In this document: in pieces, positions 1 through 8,535 of the stretch | Layout of the letters: each line of letters opens with the position of its first letter | Numbering within the stretch: position 1 is the stretch's first letter | Virus record (IMG/VR): IMGVR_UViG_3300013947_000013 | Coordinates: 1-36,337 of that record | DNA: 36,337 nucleotides | Reading direction: 5' to 3' (one strand) | Source of the DNA: a virus | The notes under the pieces: model-generated | Databases searched by the model: none | What the model saw: the letters and a program-made list of their open reading frames with translations, nothing else | What the model was told of the DNA's origin: nothing | Position numbers and translations under genes: made by a program

Positions 1-77
1 GCATTTAATATTATGGAAAGAATGACACCTGAAGGTATGGTAAAATATGCTCAATCTGAATTATCTGAAGCTTATGA
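1..77 (+). repeat. Left copy of the 77-bp terminal overlap (identical to 36261..36337)
   Basis: Base-by-base comparison: gcatttaatattatggaaag...ttatctgaagcttatga occurs at both ends. Confidence 0.95.
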
Positions 78-2553
78 CAAAATGGTTAAGAATAAATCTA
101 AAGAATGGATAGATAAATATAGAAAAGACTTTGACTTAAAGCCTGATGAGGTAAAGTTTATCATGGATACAATGCAAGAAGTACAAAATATGGAAGATGG
201 CTATGATAAAAGAGTTAAACTTGCAGAAATACAAAAATTAATGACCGATAAACTGCCACCTGAAAAAGGTGCAAAAATTAGATCTTGGATGAGAATATCT
301 ATGCTGTTTAATCCTAAGACTCAAGTAAGAAATGTTGCTGGTAATGCTTTAATAATGCCAGTTAATTCTTTTGGCGATTTATTCTCTAGTTATGCTGATA
401 AGTTAATTGCTAAGAAAACTGGTGTAAGAACAACCGGCACTACTAATGTAAAAGCAATGCTTAAAGGTATTAAAAAAGGAGCCTATGAGGCTACTAACGA
501 CTATAAAAAAGGAATCAATACCAAAGATATGGAAGGCAATAGATTTGAAATATCAGATGGTAAATCATTTAGCGAAAAAAATTTAATGGGAAGGACTCTA
601 AATAGAACAGAGTCTTTATTAAATTATGTTATGGATGTCGGTGATAGAGTATTTAGTGAAGCGGCTTTTGAAAATTCATTACAAAACCAATTAGTATTAA
701 ACAATACTACCGAAATCACACAAGAAATGATAGATATAGCACATCAAGAGGCTTTATCTAGAACTTGGAATGATAATAATAACTATACCAGATTTGTTTT
801 GGGTGTAAGAAAAGGACTAAATAAATTAAATGTTAATGGTTATGGTCTTGGTGATATATTGATACCATTTGCCAAAACACCAGCTAATTTAACAAAGGCA
901 ATTGTTGATTATTCACCTGCCGGTTTGGTTAGTGCCATAAATAAAGGTATTAATTTAAAGAGGTCACTTGCAAATGGACAATACACTGCCACTATGCAAC
1001 ATGAATTTGTTCAAAGTTTAGGAAAGGCTACTGCTGGTACTATGTTATATATACTTGGTATTGCACTTGCGAAGGCTGGAATAACAAGCGGTGATAGTGA
1101 TGATGACAAAGATACTGCCAATTTCTTAAAAAATACTTTAGGAATTAATTCTTATTCAATTAAAATTGGTGGTAAGTCATTTACTTATGATTGGGCTCAA
1201 CCTTTGGCTGCTCCATTATCAATAACTGCTGATGTAGTTAATTCTAAAAGTAGCGATTCTAAAGCATTATTAGAAGGAATAGTCGGTTCCTTAGATAGTG
1301 CTGGAAGTATTTTGCTGGAGCAATCATTTTTGCAAAGTATAAATGATGTTCTTAATGATAATGATGGTGTTGTATCCGGAATTATTAATGAAATATTAGA
1401 ATTACCTGCTAGAGCAGTTCCTACTTTTTCTAAGCAAATAGCAGATTTAGTAGATGGTACTCAAAGAACTTCATTTGAATATGGAAAGCCAATTCAAAGC
1501 GCGGTAAATAGCATAAAGGCAAAAATACCTTTTGCAAGTAAAACTCTAAATCCTGTAGTAGATACTATGGGCAGAGAAATACAAAAATATGGTGGAAAGA
1601 ATAATATCTTTAATGTATTTTTAAATCCTGCCAATGTTAGCACAGAAAATATAAGTGAATCTGCTGAGGAAATATATAGGCTGTACAAAGAAACTGGAGA
1701 GACAGATGTTATGCCTAGAGTAGCCCCTTACTATATAAATCAAAAAGGCGAAAAGATTATGATGACAGGTAAAGATAGAGTTGAATATCAAAAAATATCT
1801 GGTGAAATAATAGAAGATAATATCAAAAAACTAATTAATAATGTATCTTATTCAAATATGTCCGATTCAGATAAGGCAAATGTTGTTAAAGATATAGTTA
1901 ATTATTCTTATAACATCGCCAAAAAGGATGTATTAGGATTAGAACTTTCTAATACATATCAAAAAGCATATGAATATTCTGAAATAGGAGATATAGGAGA
2001 TTATTATACATTTAAAGAAAGTATTGATAATACTGATAAAGATACCAAAAAGGCTAGTATAACTAAATTCTTGATAGATAGTGATTTGACTAATGAACAA
2101 TTAGCATATTTATATGGTAATTATTATTCAAGTGATAAAGTTTTAAATGCTTTGGTACAATCAAACATACCAATTAAAGAATACATAAAGTTTAATTCTG
2201 AAACATTTGAGAGTGATTATTATACAAATGGCAAGACTGTACCTAATTCTAGAAAAAATAAAGTGATTAAGTATATTAATAGTTTAAATCTTAGTATTCC
2301 TCAAAAAGCAATGCTTATTAAAATGGAATATAGTAGTTTTAAGCAATACGACAACCAAATAGTTAAATATGTTAATAATATTGATTGTTCTTCCTATGAT
2401 AAAAAAGTAATACTAAAGACTATCGGATTTACTAGTTATGATAAGGATATAATTAATACTATCAACTCTAAAAATATATCTGTTGAAGAAAAGGCCAAAG
2501 AGTTAGAAGAATTAGGTTTCAAAGTAAGAAATGGTAGGGTGTATACAAAATGA
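1..2553 (+). CDS. Giant polyvalent virion protein, C-terminal 850 codons (continuation of 31719..36260)
   Basis: Position 1 is in frame with the track ORF 13..2553, and codons 1-12 have no stop. 36261 is in frame with 31719 (4542 nt = 1514 codons). TGA at 2551-2553. The Met at 13 in the track is an internal residue. Confidence 0.9.
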   Translation, partial: AFNIMERMTPEGMVKYAQSELSEAYDKMVKNKSKEWIDKYRKDFDLKPDEVKFIMDTMQEVQNMEDGYDKRVKLAEIQKLMTDKLPPEKGAKIRSWMRISMLFNPKTQVRNVAGNALIMPVNSFGDLFSSYADKLIAKKTGVRTTGTTNVKAMLKGIKKGAYEATNDYKKGINTKDMEGNRFEISDGKSFSEKNLMGRTLNRTESLLNYVMDVGDRVFSEAAFENSLQNQLVLNNTTEITQEMIDIAHQEALSRTWNDNNNYTRFVLGVRKGLNKLNVNGYGLGDILIPFAKTPANLTKAIVDYSPAGLVSAINKGINLKRSLANGQYTATMQHEFVQSLGKATAGTMLYILGIALAKAGITSGDSDDDKDTANFLKNTLGINSYSIKIGGKSFTYDWAQPLAAPLSITADVVNSKSSDSKALLEGIVGSLDSAGSILLEQSFLQSINDVLNDNDGVVSGIINEILELPARAVPTFSKQIADLVDGTQRTSFEYGKPIQSAVNSIKAKIPFASKTLNPVVDTMGREIQKYGGKNNIFNVFLNPANVSTENISESAEEIYRLYKETGETDVMPRVAPYYINQKGEKIMMTGKDRVEYQKISGEIIEDNIKKLINNVSYSNMSDSDKANVVKDIVNYSYNIAKKDVLGLELSNTYQKAYEYSEIGDIGDYYTFKESIDNTDKDTKKASITKFLIDSDLTNEQLAYLYGNYYSSDKVLNALVQSNIPIKEYIKFNSETFESDYYTNGKTVPNSRKNKVIKYINSLNLSIPQKAMLIKMEYSSFKQYDNQIVKYVNNIDCSSYDKKVILKTIGFTSYDKDIINTINSKNISVEEKAKELEELGFKVRNGRVYTK

Positions 2554-3689
2554 TAAATAAAAGAGATATAAATAAGTTACGAACACCAGAAGATTTAGAG
2601 AGAAAGTACAATAAGACACTTAATGATATTTTGACATTAAAAGAAAACTATGAATTGCAAAAAAACGGACTTAATAAAGTAGAAAATGAGTTAAATGGCT
2701 TTGTTATTGCAACAGGTAAGAACTTAAAAGAACTTCAAGACCAGGTAGATGGCAACATTACTACCTGGTTTTATTCTGGGGTTCCTACGGATGTTAATGA
2801 GCCTGCTAAAGATTGGACTACTGATAATGAAAAAAATAGTCATTTGGGCGATCTTTACTACGACAAAGATACTGGCTATGCTTATAGATACTCACTTGAT
2901 AATGATGTTTATAGTTGGAGAAAAATTACCGACAATGATGTTACTCAAGCTCTTGCAATAGCAAATAGTGCTAAAGATACCGCTGATAGTAAGAGAAGAG
3001 TTTTTGTGGTTGAGCCAACAACACCTTATGATTGCGGAGATTTATGGATTAAAGATGAAGAATTATATAGATGCCAAACCACTAAATCAAAGGATGAAAC
3101 ATTTGAAGAAAATGATTGGATAATTGCTACTAAGTATACCGATGATACAAAAGCAAATCAAGTAGGAGAAAATCTTACTATATTAAGTGGAACAGTTACT
3201 GAAATAAGAAATGATGTTGATAAATTAAATACTACTATGACAAATACAACTTCACTTGTTGATGAACAAGGTAGAAGCATAGGTATTTTGCAAGAACAAC
3301 AATCAGAGGTTACCCAAACAGTAAACAATTTTGATATATCTATGAAAAATGTACAAAAAACATTAGATACTCAAAATGGTACTATTCAAACACTTGAAGG
3401 CAAAATAACTGATATGAATTTTAGTTTCAGTACTAAAGGTTTATCTGTAGGGACATCTAATGATGCAAATAATTCATTGCTTGACAACAGAGGTATAAAA
3501 GTATATAACTACGAAAAATTAAATGCAATCTTCAACAATAAAGGTTCTGGTATAGAAAAGCTTATAGTTACCGGAACTGCACAAATAGGATATTTGAAAT
3601 TCATTAAATCTACTAAAAATGGTGAAAAAGGAACAAAAATATTCCATTTGAAAGAATTAATTGAAGATTTGGAAGATTTGGAGGTGTAA
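2550..3689 (+). CDS. Tail fibre / minor structural protein
   Basis: ATGA overlap with the giant gene's stop. Sits in the tail module. N-terminal coiled coil, then a W/Y/D-rich segment (GDLYYDKDTGYAYRY, GDLWIKDEELYRC) of the kind seen in Firmicute phage fibre proteins. Confidence 0.55.
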   Translation: MINKRDINKLRTPEDLERKYNKTLNDILTLKENYELQKNGLNKVENELNGFVIATGKNLKELQDQVDGNITTWFYSGVPTDVNEPAKDWTTDNEKNSHLGDLYYDKDTGYAYRYSLDNDVYSWRKITDNDVTQALAIANSAKDTADSKRRVFVVEPTTPYDCGDLWIKDEELYRCQTTKSKDETFEENDWIIATKYTDDTKANQVGENLTILSGTVTEIRNDVDKLNTTMTNTTSLVDEQGRSIGILQEQQSEVTQTVNNFDISMKNVQKTLDTQNGTIQTLEGKITDMNFSFSTKGLSVGTSNDANNSLLDNRGIKVYNYEKLNAIFNNKGSGIEKLIVTGTAQIGYLKFIKSTKNGEKGTKIFHLKELIEDLEDLEV

Positions 3690-3692
3690 CAT

Positions 3693-5129
3693 ATGGCAAC
3701 ATTAACAACAAGTTTTCAAAAGTTAGGAGAAGCCTATATTGGTACATCCGGTGGTAGTTTATATGTAAGAATATATGCAAAGTATACAAAACAAGATATA
3801 GCAAACAATAGAACTTATGTAGTTTATGAAGCCAGAAGTTACTACGATAAAGCAAGTTATATATATGACCAACAAGGTAGTATTGGTGTAAGTGGAACAA
3901 GTGCTGATTATCAAAGTGCCGGATGTACTAGACCAACTGGTATAGGGGAAAGCGTATCTGTTTCTACTGAGGGTTGGGTATATCACAACAATGATGGAAC
4001 AAAGAGTATTAGTTGTGCTGCTTCAATTAGTTTTCCAAACTGGGGTTGGGGTAATACAGCATATGGCAGCGCAGACTTACCTAGAATACCAAGAGCCAGC
4101 GGTGTTGCTTGCAGTAGTCCTTACATTGGTGATAATGCCATCATTAGTATTGACAAAAAAGCATCATCATTTACAAGCAGAGTTACTTACAAGATTAAAA
4201 ATTTGGTGGGAAATATTGAAGATAAAACTAGTGAAACTACGATACAATTTAAAACCAGTGAAATAGAAGATAAAATATATGCATTAATACCTGATGCTAA
4301 AGAGATAAAAGGTAATATTTTGTGTACAACCTACAATGGTGATACACAAATCGGTGATACACAAGCTACAGAATTCAATTTATATGCTAAAGAAAGTGTG
4401 TGTAAGCCTGATGTAACCGCTACTATAGTTGATACTAATACAAGTGTTACGAGTATAACTGGCAGTAATACTAAATTTGTTAAGTATATATCTAAACCAA
4501 AAGTAACTGTATCTGCTACTGCTAAAAAGAGTTCAACAATTAAAAGTTATTCTATTAATTTGAATGATGGTCAAACTTCAAACTTACAAGAGAATACTTT
4601 TGATAGCATTGGCTCAAACAAAGTAACTGTATCTACTACTGATAGTAGAGGATATTCTAGTTCATCAGATGTTGAGTTAGATATGATTGATTACATTAAG
4701 TTACACATAAATACTATATCAATAACAAGACCAGAGGGTACTTCCAATGAGGCTATTTTAAATTGCAATGGTGCATATTACAATGGTTCATTTACTGATA
4801 CTACTGCTAATACTCTTAGTGGTAGTTTTAAATATAGAAAATCAGGAACTACTGACTGGATTGATGGTGGAAGTATAATTCCTACTATTACTGATAATAC
4901 ATTCAAAATAGCCAATTTATCACTGGGGTCTTCTTTTAATTATGAGGAAGAATATCAATTTGAAATATCATTTGAAGATAAGTTCGTTATTGCTAAAGAA
5001 GTTGTATCTTTGGAAAAAGGTAGAGAAACTATTTTTGTTGGCGATAACAAAGTTTATGTATATGGTAGTGCATATTTAAATGATTATCCAATTCTTTACT
5101 TCACTGAAGAAGAGGAATGGGAAGAATAG
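3693..5129 (+). CDS. Tail / receptor-binding structural protein
   Basis: 478-aa ORF 4 nt after the previous stop. Ser/Thr-rich, beta-type composition with an internal repeated KVTVS(A/T)T segment. Assigned by position. Confidence 0.5.
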   Translation: MATLTTSFQKLGEAYIGTSGGSLYVRIYAKYTKQDIANNRTYVVYEARSYYDKASYIYDQQGSIGVSGTSADYQSAGCTRPTGIGESVSVSTEGWVYHNNDGTKSISCAASISFPNWGWGNTAYGSADLPRIPRASGVACSSPYIGDNAIISIDKKASSFTSRVTYKIKNLVGNIEDKTSETTIQFKTSEIEDKIYALIPDAKEIKGNILCTTYNGDTQIGDTQATEFNLYAKESVCKPDVTATIVDTNTSVTSITGSNTKFVKYISKPKVTVSATAKKSSTIKSYSINLNDGQTSNLQENTFDSIGSNKVTVSTTDSRGYSSSSDVELDMIDYIKLHINTISITRPEGTSNEAILNCNGAYYNGSFTDTTANTLSGSFKYRKSGTTDWIDGGSIIPTITDNTFKIANLSLGSSFNYEEEYQFEISFEDKFVIAKEVVSLEKGRETIFVGDNKVYVYGSAYLNDYPILYFTEEEEWEE

Positions 5130-5140
5130 GAGATGTGAAA

Positions 5141-5266
5141 ATGAAAAAAGTAAACTATGAGTTAATGAGGGGGGGGTCGTTTACTAACAAAAACGATAAT
5201 CTCTCTAACGATTGGAGGGAGTATTATTTAGTATCTACTCCAATGGGAGCAAGTTATGGCTTGTAA
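5141..5266 (+). CDS. Small ORF (41 aa) containing a G8 tract
   Basis: SD GGAG (5129-5132) lies 8 nt before ATG 5141. Below the track size cutoff. Overlaps the next gene's SD and start. Confidence 0.35.
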   Translation: MKKVNYELMRGGSFTNKNDNLSNDWREYYLVSTPMGASYGL

Positions 5267-5663
5267 AGGTGGTACACTAAAAAGTGGTACTGATGACTAC
5301 TATCCAAATGCTTATTATAAAGTTGGAGATTTATTTCTAACTACAAGAAATGAAAATCCATCTTTAAGGTTTGGTGGTACTTGGGAGTTGTTCGGTAAAG
5401 GTAAAACTTTGGTGTGTGTAGATGATAGCGATTCTGATTTCAATGCAGTGAAAAAGACAGGTGGAGAAAAGAAACATGTTTTAACAACTTCTGAGTTGCC
5501 TAATCATGCAAAAGATGGAGCTACAACGGATGGTGGATGGTATGCTGGAGAAATTAAAAATTATTCTTCAGGAAATTATAAACTAACTACCGCCGGAAAT
5601 GATAGCCCGCACAACAATTTACAGCCATATATAACTTGCTATATATGGATTAGGACTGAATAA
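5256..5663 (+). CDS. Tail-fibre tip / collar-like domain protein
   Basis: SD GGGAG (5245-5249). Motif GGTWELFGKGKTLV...TGGEKKHVLTTSELPNH resembles the phage tail-collar / fibre C-terminal motif (GG..xH.LT..ElP.H). Confidence 0.55.
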   Translation: MACKGGTLKSGTDDYYPNAYYKVGDLFLTTRNENPSLRFGGTWELFGKGKTLVCVDDSDSDFNAVKKTGGEKKHVLTTSELPNHAKDGATTDGGWYAGEIKNYSSGNYKLTTAGNDSPHNNLQPYITCYIWIRTE

Positions 5664-6115
5664 TGCGAACTTTGATGAAAGTATTAAAAAATTTGTTTGG
5701 AAATAATACAAAAATATCTGCAAATGACATAGCAATTAAGAATTTAAATAATAAAAGTATGAGTCTTGACAATTATCTAAAAAAGACTACCTTGTATGAT
5801 AATTCAGATGGAACAAATGCCAACTTTACATTAACTGACAGTGCTTCTAACTATGAATATTTAGAAATATTTTTCGGTTATGGTAAAAACGGTAATTTCG
5901 GAAACAGCAGTGTAAAACTTTTTTATGAATACCAACAAAGTGCAAACTTGATATTAGGAATATATGATGGTACTAGTGCTCAACAAATGATGACTACTGT
6001 TGATGTAAATAATAGAAGTGTGTCAATTAGAAAATGCGGTTTGGTAGATTTAGTTACACACGATAAATATACAATAAGTTATATAAAAATATACAAGGTT
6101 GTTGGTTATAAATAA
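5663..6115 (+). CDS. Tail-associated protein, paralogue A (shared N-terminus, unique C-terminus)
   Basis: TAATG coupling to the upstream gene. N-terminus MKVLKNLFGNNTKISANDIAIKN is homologous to that of the next gene. Confidence 0.6.
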   Translation: MRTLMKVLKNLFGNNTKISANDIAIKNLNNKSMSLDNYLKKTTLYDNSDGTNANFTLTDSASNYEYLEIFFGYGKNGNFGNSSVKLFYEYQQSANLILGIYDGTSAQQMMTTVDVNNRSVSIRKCGLVDLVTHDKYTISYIKIYKVVGYK

Positions 6116-6133
6116 AATAGAGAGAGATTAGAT

Positions 6134-6619
6134 ATGTTAGTAAATAAAATTATGAAAGTATTAAGTAATTTGTTTGGATTAAATAAAAAAATTAGTGCTA
6201 ATGATATAGCAATAAAAGATAGCAATAGTAAAACAAAGACATTGGATGTATTTTTGAATAGTGGATATAGTAATATATATTCCACAAATGAAATGATAAT
6301 TGGGAGATGGATAGATGGGAAACCTTTATATCAAAAGGTAATGAGTTTTGATAATACAATCTCACAATCGTACGAAAGTAATTCTTTTTCTCATAATATC
6401 TCTAGTGTTGATGTTATTTTTGTTAGGCACGCTTTTGCTTATAGTAAAAGTGAACGCAGAACTTATACAATACCTGTTACTTTGTATAATAGCAATACTG
6501 CAACTGATGACTTGAGCATAATGGTAGACAAAACAAATGTTAATTTTTTTGTAAAATCCGGTTGGAATACTTTATGGCAGAAAATTGTAATTTTGAATTA
6601 TACAAAAACGACAGATTAA
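6134..6619 (+). CDS. Tail-associated protein, paralogue B (shared N-terminus, unique C-terminus)
   Basis: N-terminus MKVLSNLFGLNKKISANDIAIKD matches paralogue A. The C-terminal part (IGRWIDGKPLYQKV...) is unrelated to A. Confidence 0.6.
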   Translation: MLVNKIMKVLSNLFGLNKKISANDIAIKDSNSKTKTLDVFLNSGYSNIYSTNEMIIGRWIDGKPLYQKVMSFDNTISQSYESNSFSHNISSVDVIFVRHAFAYSKSERRTYTIPVTLYNSNTATDDLSIMVDKTNVNFFVKSGWNTLWQKIVILNYTKTTD

Positions 6620-6638
6620 AAAGAAAGGAATTAAAAGT

Positions 6639-6911
6639 ATGGATAAAATAACTAAAAAAGTAAAATTGGCAATTACTTGGGGAGGATGGGTTATAGCTGT
6701 AGTAGTATTTCTATGGTCTGCTTTTGGTGTATATTACAAATTTAGTGAAAATATGAAAGTGATCCAAAAGTCAACATTGAGAAATACTATTTGGAATGAA
6801 AATATTCCAATGCACGATAGACTAGAAAGTTGTGATAGTTATCTAGTATTAGGTTATAATTCTGAAACAAAAAAGTTTTGTAATAAATTATTAGAAAGAG
6901 GTGATAATTAA
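6639..6911 (+). CDS. Holin-like membrane protein (single N-terminal TM)
   Basis: Hydrophobic helix LAITWGGWVIAVVVFLWSAFGVYY. Lies immediately upstream of the holin and endolysin. Confidence 0.45.
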   Translation: MDKITKKVKLAITWGGWVIAVVVFLWSAFGVYYKFSENMKVIQKSTLRNTIWNENIPMHDRLESCDSYLVLGYNSETKKFCNKLLERGDN

Positions 6912-7117
6912 TGAAAAAAGGATTAAGTGATGTGAAGAGTTACGTAACTGTATTATTTGCTACTGCTTTAGTAATATTACTATTTATAGCAGTATTTAAA
7001 TCAGAAAGTATATTTGAAACAGTATTCTTATTGTTTACTAATTTGTGTACAGCAGTGTTTACATATTTTTTCACAAGAAAAGCAAAAGAAGTTAAGGAGA
7101 GTGATAGTAATGAATAG
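6911..7117 (+). CDS. Holin (two TM helices, charged C-terminus)
   Basis: 68 aa with two hydrophobic segments and a KAKEVKESDSNE tail. TAATG coupling. Adjacent to the endolysin. Confidence 0.6.
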   Translation: MKKGLSDVKSYVTVLFATALVILLFIAVFKSESIFETVFLLFTNLCTAVFTYFFTRKAKEVKESDSNE

Positions 7118-7186
7118 CGAAGATTTAGTAATGAAACCAATTAAAGAGGAAGAAATGAAAGCAGAAATATATGAGGAGGAAATATA

Positions 7187-7921
7187 ATGAGTTTAAAAAA
7201 TAGAGTTTTAGAAAGTGGTTTATTAGAAGTTACACAAGAATATAAACCTGGGGTACACAATGGAATAGATGTGGTAAATCAAAATTATACATTAGGCAAT
7301 ATTGTTGCTCATAGTGATGGGGTAGTAGTAGGTTGTAGAAATAATTGCAATGGCTTTGAAAATGGAAGTTATGGAAATTATGTTAAGATAAAACACGATA
7401 ATGGTTATTATACACTATATGGTCATATGGCTTATAATACAGTTAGAGTATCAGTAGGCCAAAGAGTCTCTAGAGGACAAGTATTAGGCTATATGGGTAA
7501 TACTGGTATGAGTTATGGAGGACACTTACATTTTGAAGTTAGAACACCTGATGATGTAAGAATTAATCCTACAGAGTACTTAAATTCAGATTTACCTAAT
7601 TCACAATCTGTACCTACAAAGTCAGTTGAAGAGTTAGCACAAGAAGTTATAGCGGGCAAATATGGCAATGGCGGTGATAGAAAGAATGCCTTAGGTGATA
7701 GATACGCAGAAGTGCAAGCTAGAGTTAATGAAATATTAGCACCTGCACCAAAACCAAGTATAGATATCCTAGATTTAGTTAGAAAAACTATTAGAGGAGA
7801 CTTTGGTAATGGTGAAGATAGAAGAAATTCACTAGGTTCTAACTATGATGAGGTTCAAAAGCAAGTTAATCTTAATTTTCAAAATGGAACTACAAATTGG
7901 GATAATGTAAGATTATATTAA
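7187..7921 (+). CDS. Endolysin: M23 (LytM-type) peptidase plus two CW_7-like wall-binding repeats
   Basis: HNGID (HxxxD) and GHLHFEV (HxH) motifs. Two C-terminal repeats: AGKYGNGGDRKNALGDRYAEVQARVN and RGDFGNGEDRRNSLGSNYDEVQKQVN. Confidence 0.8.
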   Translation: MSLKNRVLESGLLEVTQEYKPGVHNGIDVVNQNYTLGNIVAHSDGVVVGCRNNCNGFENGSYGNYVKIKHDNGYYTLYGHMAYNTVRVSVGQRVSRGQVLGYMGNTGMSYGGHLHFEVRTPDDVRINPTEYLNSDLPNSQSVPTKSVEELAQEVIAGKYGNGGDRKNALGDRYAEVQARVNEILAPAPKPSIDILDLVRKTIRGDFGNGEDRRNSLGSNYDEVQKQVNLNFQNGTTNWDNVRLY

Positions 7922-7925
7922 AATT

Positions 7926-7959
7926 GGTAACGACATTAATGTCGCTACCTCTTTTTTTG
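7926..7959 (+). terminator. Intrinsic terminator after the lysis genes
   Basis: GGTAACGAC / GTCGCTACC stem (one mismatch) followed by a T7 run. Confidence 0.7.
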
Positions 7960-7969
7960 TGGCCATAAT

Positions 7970-7998
7970 TTGCATTTTCCACCAATTTATGCTATAAT
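7970..7998 (+). promoter_or_regulatory. Sigma-A type promoter, TTGCAT-17-TATAAT with TGC directly upstream of the -10
   Basis: TTGCAT 7970-7975, 17-nt spacer, TATAAT 7993-7998. Lies just after the lysis terminator. Confidence 0.65.
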
Positions 7999-8021
7999 AT
8001 CTAGCCAAACGAGGGGATAAT

Positions 8022-8189
8022 ATGGTTGAAAAAAGAATAAATGATAAAGATATTATTTATAGATTAACAAGAAGAAAAGATAATATTTTAATTATTAAAT
8101 ATAATATGAGGAATAAAAGAGCATGGTTTCAAACCAATAGCATGCCAAAAAGAAAAGCTATAGATATTAACAGAGTAGTTAACCTATAG
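8022..8189 (+). CDS. Small basic protein (55 aa), autonomous moron unit
   Basis: SD GAGGGG (8011-8016), ATG 8022, TAG 8187-8189. Own promoter and own terminator. Below the track cutoff. Confidence 0.55.
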   Translation: MVEKRINDKDIIYRLTRRKDNILIIKYNMRNKRAWFQTNSMPKRKAIDINRVVNL

Positions 8190-8197
8190 TTTTTTTT
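8158..8197 (+). terminator. Intrinsic terminator of the 55-aa unit
   Basis: CTATAG..TTAAC / GTTAA.CTATAG interrupted stem followed by a T8 run. The stop codon lies in the stem. Confidence 0.55.
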
Positions 8198-8256
8198 ATT
8201 TACTTTATAATTAATTTATGTTAGGATAAACAATTAAATGGAAAGAAGGTGATAAT

Positions 8257-8535
8257 GTGAAAGTAACTTTTAAAATTGAGAATGACTTAACTCATTGCTC
8301 TTATGAAAATTGTAAAAATAATTCTGCTGTATATTATTCTTTCGATGGTAGAGAAAAACATCTTTGCAGAAAGCATTTTAATGATGAGATTGATGCTTTA
8401 AATAAACAGAGCATAGAGACTAATGTTGATGAGATTAATAATTATTTTTCAAAAGTTAAAAAACAGAAAAACAGACCAAAAAATTCTTGTTTAAATCAGT
8501 CTGATTTCAATGATTATTCTCATTATCTTAAATAA
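8257..8535 (+). CDS. Hypothetical Cys/His-containing accessory protein (GTG start)
   Basis: SD GAAGGTG before GTG 8257. HCSYENC...LCRKH suggests a small zinc-binding motif. The 3' end overlaps the convergent gene by 13 nt. Confidence 0.45.
   Translation: MKVTFKIENDLTHCSYENCKNNSAVYYSFDGREKHLCRKHFNDEIDALNKQSIETNVDEINNYFSKVKKQKNRPKNSCLNQSDFNDYSHYLK

Noticed and set aside
13-2553. Track ORF of 846 aa treated as a stand-alone gene starting at Met 13
   Set aside because: The frame is open from position 1 and is continuous with 31719..36260 through the 77-bp overlap. Met 13 is an internal residue of the giant protein and has no SD.
5169-5266. Idea that G-tract slippage fuses the 41-aa ORF to the fibre-tip gene 5256..5663
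   Set aside because: Checked all frames. After a -1G change the frame hits TAG at 5229-5231, and after a +1G change it hits TAA at 5185-5187. Neither reaches the 5256 frame, which is itself closed upstream at 5229-5231.
3693-6619. Diversity-generating retroelement targeting the fibre genes
   Set aside because: No reverse transcriptase gene exists anywhere in the genome, and I found no template/variable repeat pair. The only repeats are the short KVTVS-coding duplicate (about 4501 and 4621) and the paralogous N-termini.
7110-7187. 25-codon acidic micro-ORF between the holin and the endolysin (MNSEDLVMKPIKEEEMKAEIYEEEI)
   Set aside because: It has an SD (AAGGAGA) and a TAATG junction with the endolysin start, so it may simply couple translation. 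It is too short to support as a gene from sequence alone.
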